A DNA stretch of 64,000 nt from Balanoglossus misakiensis (taxonomy: Eukaryota > Animalia > Hemichordata). Where the stretch lies: contig CM082581.2 of assembly GCA_040954595.2 (NCBI GenBank), forward strand, positions 8,665,413 through 8,729,412, written 5' to 3'. The first letter of the stretch is position 1. Each line of letters begins with the position of its first letter. This document shows positions 53,605-64,000 of the stretch, in pieces. The translations under genes were made by a program, and so were the position numbers. The notes beneath the pieces are model-generated. The model was given only the letters and a program-made list of their open reading frames with translations. It did no database searches and had not been told where the DNA came from.

Positions 53605-56600
53605 TATCCTGGCATGTGGCATGGCCGACACAGCCAACCTAGGAATAGTCAGTAATGTAATGTTTTATTCCGTTCCATCCTTCACCTCGCACGCCTAGTT
53701 TCTCCTCGTTATCTCTCTAGCCCTGCAAAGCCCAAGCCACTGCCTGGTGCTCAGTCTCGGTTTTGAACCCCCCTGGGCTGTGTTTTAATGCGTTCTTCTT
53801 TTCGCGTTTGATTTTAATCTCACTGCCTCGAACTCTAAACTGCAGCCTTTTATCGGTCGACTGCGTTAGTGACGGGAAGACTACCAATACTGAGCTACAT
53901 GTACTGTAGTAGAAAACATCACGCAAATTTTAGTCGGAAAACATTTAGGGAAATTCAAATTCCACCCACTGTTTGGGCAGTGCCCTCATCATCGCCCCAT
54001 GCGAAGATTACAAAGCAGCTTGATTCCACTTTAGTCTTGCATGCTTTCATCCGTGTGAGTAAGAAAATGTGAATTTCTTCAGGAGAGAGAAGACAAAAAT
54101 AGTCAGACTGGGAATTCCTTGAAAGTTTTGATGCATTTGTTGCGTTTTTCCTCACACAGCATGCGCTGAAAGTCCGTGCTTGTCGATTGTCTCTTAAGAG
54201 GCATCTCTGCGCGGTGCTGTTTTGGCATTCAAGCCTATAAACACACTGCATTCCCACCCACTGCTTTGTATGATTCGCATCGCCGTTGCTTGCGGCTAAT
54301 AATGTTTTGCCAGTAACGCCAACGTGCGTGTGTATATATATGTGTGCAACATGTGTGTGTGGTCTTCCTCCGTTATCTCGTAGATGACCTTAGTCTGTTC
54401 CCCGTGGCACTGCGTCTAACTCCTCCGTTGACCTTTTCCGAACCCCCCGGCTGAGCCTCCTAAGCTACACGCAGCCAGCCATGCAAACATCAGGCCCCGC
54501 TATTTATAACTCGAGCTCCAATTAAATGAGACATATTGTGATATTGGCATGTGCGTGTGTGTGTGTGTGCTCTGGACCGTTTGTTAAATAATTTGTACAT
54601 GTTATTATGTGTACTGCAAATTGCCACCTGCGACAAGACGTAATTAACCCAACATTTCTCCCCCGGCTTTTAGCTAATTTCCTTCTTTCTGATGAGATGA
54701 AAGCAACCGCTCTCCGATGCACTGTATTGTACTCCATACACGTATTAGGGACAAATGATATTTGTGGTGTAAACCCTTACATCTATTTTCAATGCTGCTT
54801 GTACAACACAGTAACCATGCTTCACAGCGTGTGACCTTAGAATCGGGTCATTCAACACTTTCAGCTCAAATATTGTGAGCACATTGCTCAAAATGTTCTT
54901 GTTTGTGTATGTTGGCATCATAGGTATTCAATTCTAGTTATGGATTCCATTCTGTGTACCACGGTATTACTAATTCTTTACATTAGCAATTGTCTGTCAA
55001 TCTGGACTTTCGGATTTTTCACGTCGAGTGCCACCCAGTGGCAGAATTGTTGAATTCGTTTGTTTATGGTCATCCCAGTTCATACATTCTTCAGCTGTGA
55101 CTTTTTATGACTTCTTGTCACAATTATCTCTGCTGTGAGATGTCTCATTGAGAAAGAACAGTCATATTTCCATGTCACTCATGTCTAATTTCAAGTACAT
55201 ATACATTGAGCTTCATTCAAACTGCTCCATGGCTTGCATACATACCAGCAGCTGTCAGTTTAGTTCATTCATGCATAGGGTCTTTGGTGTTTAATAATAA
55301 TATTATATTAATATGCTGAATAATGGAATGGCATACATGTAGCTTGACAATGAATGCAAGATTGCAAGCATAAACTAGTGGGCGATCTTTTCCGTATCAG
55401 TGAGCGACAAAAATCTTCTGCAAACCTCCTCGAGTTTCCACCAGTCTCAATAGATTTAGAAAGAGAAATAGACAGTGCGCAATATCCAAATGAATGTCTA
55501 AAGATAGTCACATTGGCTCTTTAAAAGTTTATAGTCACTTACACAAGTTTATAGCCATTAATACTAGACACAGATTGTCATTCGGTTGGCCTTGGGAAAA
55601 AAGTTCATCCCGACACGGTCATTGAAAGACGTGGATATTTTGATTACATATGAGCACATGTAAATTAGGCAGGTGATTTCATTCCGTGAAGTGGCACTGT
55701 TCTTGTAGTTGTATGATGCATTATGATTTACACGGTTGACTTGAGGAAGGCTCGCGGGAGAAGGAATGATTCCTCGAATGAAGATGAATTAACAGCCACA
55801 GAAGTGTACCTGTGTGTGTATACTGTACTGTTCAGGGTTCATAGTCCCGGAATGTCCTTGCAGATCCTGGAGTTTTGAATGTCATGGAAAGCTCCCCCTC
55901 GGAATATCAATTGAAATTAAAATCTATCTCCGGCCAGCTGCCTCCGATCTAAGAAAGTGATTAGTCGGCATAAACATGTTTGTCCAACAAAGTACCGTGC
56001 AGCAGTTTGATTAATGTGTGCTCATTACCTTGCAATATTGATATTTTTTTCAACCCTGTGTATCTGCAAAATATTTGTGATCGAAATCTGTCGTTGGATG
56101 AGGCAACGTGACACCGTCTGCATGTTCAGTTGGCTGGCAGAGTTTAGCAGGTGTGAGGAAAGTTTCTCACGAGATGACGTAAGAGTTGATATATGATAAA
56201 AAGATTCACGACATTCTGCATATACCCGTCTTGCTTTTTTGTGTGCAATGCTGCCACAGAAAGTGCCCCAACCTAATATGGTGGTCAAAGGGTAAAGTTT
56301 CATGGCAGCCTTGACATATTCTGTCTTTCCAGCCCTCCCCCACTCTAATCACAATCCGAAGCAAATTCATTTTTTTCCTATCATCTCCCCACTCTCAAGT
56401 CTCATCACACTGGCATCTCCATCGTCAATGTCACGACACAGGCTTTCCCTTAATCGAGGCACCGATGCCTCCAACTTCAAGATAAGACATGCCTCCCAAC
56501 TTTCCCTGTCTAATCAAGATATTGGCACTCTCATGAGTCAAATCTTAATTTTAGTCATTAAAAGACGATTGCCATTCTTTTATGTTTCAATTTGACCCCC

Positions 56601-59600
56601 ATCACGAATCCCGCCGTTTGCGTCATTATCACGCTCTGTGAATAATATGACAATTAGTGCATTCAACTCTGAAAAACAACAAAGTGCTTTGGGTATCATT
56701 AGCTAATGACGAGAACTCCCACGGGGCCAGTAAATGTTGAAGGGAACAATAATAAAAACAGAATTATGTGATCAAATATTTAAAATATGTGATCGATCGC
56801 CGTCATAAAATTCCTGGAAACTGGCCAACGTAATTACTGGTAAATATTAATATGCTTTGAAGTATAGCAGCTGGTGTGTGGGGAGAGACTAGGTACCCTG
56901 TAGTGATAAGGATATAGGACGGTAGGAAAAGTCAAATGCTTTGGGCAATTCCCCAGTTCACATGTTCTTTTTAAAAGTCCATTTACGCATCAAGCAGTAC
57001 ACATGGGTTCATTGACGTGAATCTAATGGTTTTAGTGGCACTTTCGTATTCTCACCGTCATTATTACATCAGACTACATTCAGCACCAAAAATAATTTAA
57101 TTATAACACAGGCCATCGGCTGAGTGCCTGGCCTGGTCCTTTTAATGAGCTTGTTTACGCGATGATCTTTGCGAAAGAACACCGTTGCCATAGAAATGCC
57201 ACAGTATTGTATCATCAGTGCGAGATCTTAATCATGACAAGACCCCCTTTTATAATTACATTCTTGGTAATGCCTGTTTATTGGGTTGTTTGATCCTATT
57301 TGGTATATATCTATGTACAATGTACCAGTGGGAGCTAATTAACTTATGGAATCATTCAGCCTCTGTCTTTATGCTTGTTTGTTTGTATTCTCTATTTTTA
57401 ATTTAATTTATTGTCATTTACGTCACCATTGTCAGTCAAAAACATGTTTTTTTTTTTTTAAACTGCTGCTCCAATTGTGTCATACTTGTTTGTACCAATA
57501 TTCATTCAGTGAGACCACAGTATCCATGACGCTATTTTTTTCCTCCAAATAAATTATTACCTCATGAGATGGTGTTTCAAGTGTTGCCAATTTAGTGGGT
57601 GATTCCATATCTCATTACAGTCGTCAAACGTAATCCTCACCCATTTTTTTCTGGAATAATACATTTTTTATCATCGCCAGTATCGGAAGAGGGGTTGCAG
57701 ATGTGCAATAGATGAGTTTCAAATGTTTTTTTAATCAGCCTCTCTCACGCTCCCGTGTTGGTTTTCAATTCAGTGTGATGCATTTTGCATGGATGCATAA
57801 CGTCTTTCAGCAAGCGACCTTTCTTGGCGCACTGGCCAAGTGAAATGCAAATAATCAAGTTGAGACAAATCAAGTAGGTTCCATACACACAAGTGGTTTC
57901 CTTTATCGATTTAATATCAAAATGATGGATTTATATCAAAACGATGGGCTTATGCCAACAGCAAAAAAATATCAGTATGGCGACATCAAAGGAGATCTTC
58001 CCAAATACCTCATTATATCAATTCTTCGTTACTATACTTGGTATGTTATCAATGTGTTAACACGGCGAGTTCCTGTACTTTCTACTTGTTTATTACACAG
58101 AATTCCAGACATTGGCTTTTTACCGATGTTTGCACTCATTGGTGAATGATTTGGAACCTCTGGTACCATCTCTGCTGCTCGGAACATTGATGTATTGAAA
58201 AGAAACCTGGTATATTGACCGGGAAACCTGATAACATTTACCCTTTCTTTTCTGTCCTTGACAAAAAAACAACGTGAGTGTCTCTGTGCTACTTTGAGCT
58301 CCCTGTGAACAAAATTCCCTAATGGCACAAAACATATCCTAAATATGGAAGAGATACATTAATATTTCTGTTTACTTGGGCTGTTTTTCTGCGTGTCAGG
58401 GGCCGTGGAGAGATAATTAAAATCTATCATGAACTGACCAGGGAGCCCAGGCGTAATATCGGTTATTAGTAATTCTAAATATAGTGCATCTGAAACTTAG
58501 CAGGGAGCTTGATCATAATGTTTAATAGTTATAGTGTCCTATATATGTGTCAGGCTGGCTTGTCCATAATTTTTGGTTGCTGTGGTTATGCTGAATCATT
58601 GGTGTACTTATATATATGATTCAGTGTTTCTTTGAAAAAGTGTTTTTATTGAGGTTTATATTTTGATATATAGAAGATGCCCACATCTCAAATAAACGGG
58701 GGAATAGTCGTGTGTTGATTGTGTGCCATATTTTGGCTGAGCTGACACACCCGTGGGTTGGGTAATTTCCTTCCCAAAACAGTAACATTGCAGCACACAG
58801 TACCAAAAAACAGGTTTTGTTGGATGAGGTGCAGTTTGTAAACACAGATATCAGGGATTGTGTCTGCGTAGGTTTAGTAATTTAACAGCGAGCTGTCCCT
58901 CTCTGACAGATATGGATTAGAGACAATGTCAAATTGGATCACGGACACCCAAGTCACAGTTGCCGGCCAAGTGATGGATCTAATTCACTACCAGCTGCAG
59001 TTTACGTGAGAGTTAAGTCCCAGTATTACGCAGCTATGATTCATGTTGATGTAGTGGGCTTTGTCATTATACCTGTGTGGAATTTTGTTTCTTCCAATTT
59101 TCTACTGCAAGACTTATCTTCAACTTGGGTGATGTCAGGAGGCGGCCAGTGGATTTATAATGTACACAGCTGCATCACCGTTTCTTCCTGTTTTTAAAAT
59201 CAGCCAGATACATGTACCACTTTTCCACATACATATTAAATACATATTAGATTATATCACGTTCGCTACAAGCTTGTTCAGCTGTGGCCGGGGATCGAGA
59301 GACGTGCAAGCAATAATGAGCTAGTGTCTCGTCCATCATTTGACAAATTTGTCATAATCGATGGATTCCTCTCCCGTAATCATACAAGCTGTCCTACTGG
59401 GAATGATGTATTTAAGCCCCCAAACACATCATTGTGTGAGAGCCGATTTATCTGGTCGTCATTTGTGGGTCAGGGGTCGCGGGGGGATTAGGGAAAGCTC
59501 TTAATCCCCCCTGTAGCCGTATCTGTCCCAGTGATGCGTTCCCGCTCTTGTACTTGTAAGGATGTGAGTTCTGTCTGAGCTCTGCATATTTCAGGAACCC

Positions 59601-62600
59601 CTGCCTACTCGTGACTCTCTTGTTTGTTTGCCTCTAGCATACAGCGATTTCTGTTATTTTTCTCACCTGTCTTTATAATTGAGAGCAGTGTGTTGTAGAG
59701 CATTGAAAAAAAACACTGTCACACACTAGCAATGTCAGTGAGTCAGCACTCTATCTAAAATTTCAGTTGTTAGATTCTTTGAACTGCCGTGTATGGTTAA
59801 ATCATACTCATTCAGTAAATTCTTGCCCGGTGATGTTGGTGATGTCACTAGAATTAGTGTGTCGTAAAGGCCGAGGTCGCAGGAGATCGGTGTTTTTTTG
59901 TCGATTTTCATAAGATCACCCCCATCGGCTAAATCCCTTGCATGAAATGAATGTGTAATTCATGATCCTTTCAATAGCTTCGTCACGATTGATCCTACTA
60001 GCTTGGCGTTGGCGTTCTTAAAAAAACGCTGACACGAAAATATTGACGAAAAATCCTGCTGCGATTGTTAGGCAAGCGCCGATGCGTATCGCTGGAACTG
60101 AAAGAAACCCCATTGTACAAATAGGGAGGGAAAAAAAAAACAGTTTCCTCTCTAATCTGTGCAAATAATATCTAGGATTATGCTTTTGAAGGTGTGAAAG
60201 GCAATTCTGGAGAAGTCATGCGGTGATAAAATGCAGTCCATTCATCGATGTTGAGTGAAATCTGGTAACTATGAAGTTCACTCTGTGCATGACAGGACTG
60301 CTGTATCGGCCAAGGTTGCCGCTATTGAGGAAAAAACCTCAATTGATACGAAAACTGCTTTTTCATTTGCATGTAATGGAATTTTAGAAACACAGAGGTT
60401 GGGAGTCTCGGTAGCGTAAGTCCCTATGGATTGATTGACAGTTGTCAACTTGATTGTTAGAATTTAAAAAAAAAAATCAACTCCATTACCTGACATGACC
60501 TTAGCGACACGGACCTGACCTTAAAATCTCTGAAATCTTAATGAAACATCGCAAATGATTAAAAAGCTTTCATTGGTCGTGATCCACTAGGATAACCTCT
60601 ACTAATGAAAAATAAAATGTTTCCAAACTTCATTTTTTTCGCGATGGGAGTTTGTTGACCATGTGCTCCAGGACGTGATTGATAATTGTGATTTTCAGGA
60701 TTTTGTATCATATTTGGTTTCCAGATCGAGATGTAAATAGTGAATGCATCAGTGGAGTATCATAAATGTTTGTGTGTATGTAGTAACACTTTGCCCAATA
60801 AAGTTTCACTGTTCAGTATATACATCATAACATGTAGATGTACACACGTATGTGTGTGTGTGTTAGTTGATCTATAACTCTAAATAGGGTTCCACGAATG
60901 TAAAATATAAATAAGTTCACCAGTTTATTTGAAATGGCATTGGTTGTTACACTGGTAGGGAGATTGACTGATTTGCACACGTTTCGATTGGCAGTTCTAT
61001 TCTCTTCTATTCTTTTCCTTGCATGTGCTTTTCGATGAATTTCACGCTCATTCCTCTTTGATTCTGCAGTGAGTGTGAACGTGGAGATGCTATTTCTGAC
61101 GGCCTATTGAGTTTCCAAGATAATAATCAGTCCGTGTAAGAGTAATTTGGTCAGAAGTGTGGCTTGTTTAAATGTGAGATGCAGACTGACAAGAAGCACG
61201 GCACATTTCTCTCTTTGAGAGCGAGAGAAAAAAAAAGTAACACAGACTGATTGATAATGTTGTTTTGCACATGTGGCAAGCGGTAGTTATTGTATTCACC
61301 GCGAGTGAGTCGACCGGGTATTCAGAGCGATGGGCAATACCAGTGAATGATTAGTGTAGTAGACATTCATTTTGCAATTTATTCATGAAGTATTGCGCCC
61401 GCGTTTACCCGAACGTAAAGAATCGCTCGCAACCGCGTAGGCAGCCAGGGTGGGGTCGGGGATAGTTCTAGCAGGGGTTAATGAGACCGGTAAATTTGCC
61501 AGGTGAACTTTAACAGGGTCGCATTACGGCTGAAAGCTGGAAATGTCAACAACTACATATGTTGCGGATTGAGATTTTTACAAATTGAAAGCCAACTGGG
61601 AAATCAGCGAGCAGCTCTTGTAACCCCCGTGTACGGTACACATGTTCTGTCATTAATAATTGCATCAGATAGATAGGTCCACTAGATCACGTACATGTAG
61701 ATGTACATCTGTGTTGGTAAAAGCACATCTTCCCTCTTCATGTTTTCGTTCTCTGGAAAATTACAGCTGCATATCAGATTGTTTTGTGTTTTGTGAGTAA
61801 ACTGAGAAAGGAAAGGCTGTTTATTTAAGTTAGGGTTTGGATAAAAGATATGTGTAGAAGAGAAATGATGCTAGTGATTTTAAAATGGCAACAATGTTGA
61901 GTATGTGATGCATACTGTGTGATGACATAATGACCTTGTGAATTGAAAAGTCTGTTCTGTCTGACATGAGAGAAAATTTGAGCTAAATATATATATAATT
62001 GTTATTGATTCTAAATATATATTTTATAAATGAGAAAAACCAGGCCTGAGGGTGGTTTCGATTTTCTGCTGGGGTGAAGAAGATATCATTGCTAACATTC
62101 ATGTTGATACTTTTTCTCTGGCTGAGGCTGCATCCATCAAAAGTCTGTTATGAATTTACGGCGAGGCATTTTGAGTCAGATTCCTTCTTTGATCCGCTGT
62201 TTGTGCGTCGTAACGAATTCTGACAAGTGACATGACTCTCTGTGTGCATTTTCCACATCATCATCATCATCACGGAAAGTAGCCTTCTCAAGTGCTGCAT
62301 GTTTTGACAGTGGTATGGGGCAGACCGACAGTCCCTTGTCTCATCCCAGCCATCAAACACGATCCAGTAGCCACGCGCATTAAACTTCCAGCCGAGTCTC
62401 AGGTCGTTTGCTGACCCGGAAACCAAATAAACTACTCCCACTGCATTTGAATGTGAATGCGTTGTGCTGCGAAAAAAATTGCTTAGTGTTTCGATAAATG
62501 GTTGAATAGGTTTTTGAGTTGTGTATGCGTCACTTAACCCAAAGCATATGGCGTAGCGTCACTGTGAAAAAAAATCCAGTGTCTGGCTTTGAAGGCATCT

Positions 62601-63700
62601 CCATAATGTAGGCATAAATTGATACAAGGATGATGTTGAATGCATATTCCCGAGTTTTATTGGCCTGTAAAATATGTTCTCTCATGCGTCATGCCGGGCA
62701 AACAATATCTCTCTTCATTCTCCTGTTTAAAACGAACAGTACTTGTAAAATACACGAGATCATAATACCATTTACGGTGTTGCGTTTAATAGCGGCTGTA
62801 CGATATACCCCCGGGCGTTTTGATAGCTGGTAATCTTGTTTTCTGTATCTGCGACAAACTAAGAAAATGTGCTTCATCCAGTTATTTCCCGTGAACCGGT
62901 CGACCTTGGTTCTGTAAACAGGTTTGCTGTTGTCCCGGAAAGTCCTTGAAAAAATGAACCATCCCCCTCCAGGATAATGTGATTACAATCCATCCGTAAT
63001 TTGGGGAAACTGTTCAGCAATTGCTACATGTATTCTAAGCTGAATCGTCAATTATGATTGAATCCCACGAAAATCCACACGCTGATGATGAATTGATGCA
63101 TTTGGGAGGTGCCAAGCGAAGTACATGTACTGCAATTGAATCTAGGAAAATGGAATTAAATCACCTTAAATATTCCTCAACGTCTTAAAAGCCTCTGAAT
63201 TCCCTCTCTGCATGTATAGCCACCTGTGGCGATTCCTGCACAGTTTCTGCGATCACTATTCGCATCGGTCAGACTTCGCCACACTGATCCCCTGATCGTT
63301 TACCACATGCGATATAATCGCCACAGATCTTCATATTCTCCATATTTGAGTTTAACCACACAATTTTCTGTTAGAACAGTGGATGCACATTTGATTAATA
63401 TCACTTTTAATTGTAATATTAACCAGCTTTCTGTTGTTTTCCAACTCCTTTTCATACCAGTACCTTTTAGGTCTTTTGTTCACGAAAGAATGGTTGCTTT
63501 GGTGTGTTCCCAGTTGTCCTGATCGTTAAAGGACACACGTAATGCACGCTGTGTCTGAGTACCTTCGTTTGTGTGGAAATGTTTTGGAATTCTCTCATCG
63601 AGACATTATCGGCCGAAACGTATTCGCCGCAGGAATTCCCCGCCAACGCGTATTTAGCGGCTGTTTTCATTCCTCTCTCTCTTTGTTCGTTTCCTTTCAG

Positions 63701-63809
63701 GAGATTCTGGACTCACATAGCCATGCCCTCGGGACATCCCCCGGACGGTGATGGACTGAAATGGAAATTTAACTACAGCTCCAAAACGAACGGCACGTGT
63801 TACGTGTGA
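63701..63809 (+). CDS. ZDHHC16: Alternative (duplicated) terminal coding exon of ZDHHC16
   Basis: Strong acceptor TCTCTCTCTTTGTTCGTTTCCTTTCAG ending at 63700, in the same phase 2 as the donor after 52707. It encodes (R)RFWTHIAMPSGHPPDGDGLKWKFNYSSKTNGTCYV*, which aligns without gaps to the proximal exon (R)[21 protein letters not shown]. Confidence 0.8.
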
Positions 63810-64000
63810 CCTTCGAGAGAAACCACGAGAGTCCCGACTTTTTATTATATTTACACAAACGCGTAATGCAATTGTTGCGAGGGGGTGAGTCGGTGTCATT
63901 GCGAAGGCGTCAGATTCTTATCCGATGAACTTGAAATGTGGATAAAGTTAGCATGTTCTTCCTCGTACTTATAAATGGATGACCGTGCAGTCACTGTGGA

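Noticed and set aside
54128-54169. LMHLLRFSSHS resembling ZDHHC16 HILFPSSHS
   Set aside because: No acceptor in the required phase; it shows that weak matches to this motif arise by chance.

Overview
Intron-rich animal genomic DNA. It is probably an invertebrate deuterostome (inferred from vertebrate-like proteins and compact introns; the species cannot be determined). Seven spliced protein-coding genes could be reconstructed by hand: the 3' end of a DOCK1/2/5 Rac-GEF (+), a 4xSRCR lysyl oxidase LOXL2/3/4 (+), FBXO41 (+), LSM1 (-), MED28 (+), LAP3 (-) and ZDHHC16 (+). LSM1/MED28 and LAP3/ZDHHC16 are head-to-head pairs. Most six-frame ORFs are exon fragments or noise. The main finding is a second, clearly homologous ZDHHC16 terminal coding exon at 63701-63809, about 10 kb beyond the first, which implies alternative C-termini made by exon duplication. 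Other signals: two U12 minor-spliceosome introns (DOCK, ZDHHC16), a GC-AG intron (LSM1), a 45-bp tandem duplication of a splice acceptor and an in-frame uORF (FBXO41), a TGA-CARYYA readthrough-like stop (LAP3), probable MED28/LAP3 antisense overlap, a small TTAA-flanked piggyBac-like MITE family, and ancestral linkage matching the vertebrate 2p/4p/5q/8p/10q paralogon. All coordinates were read by eye; no alignments, folding or database searches were run.
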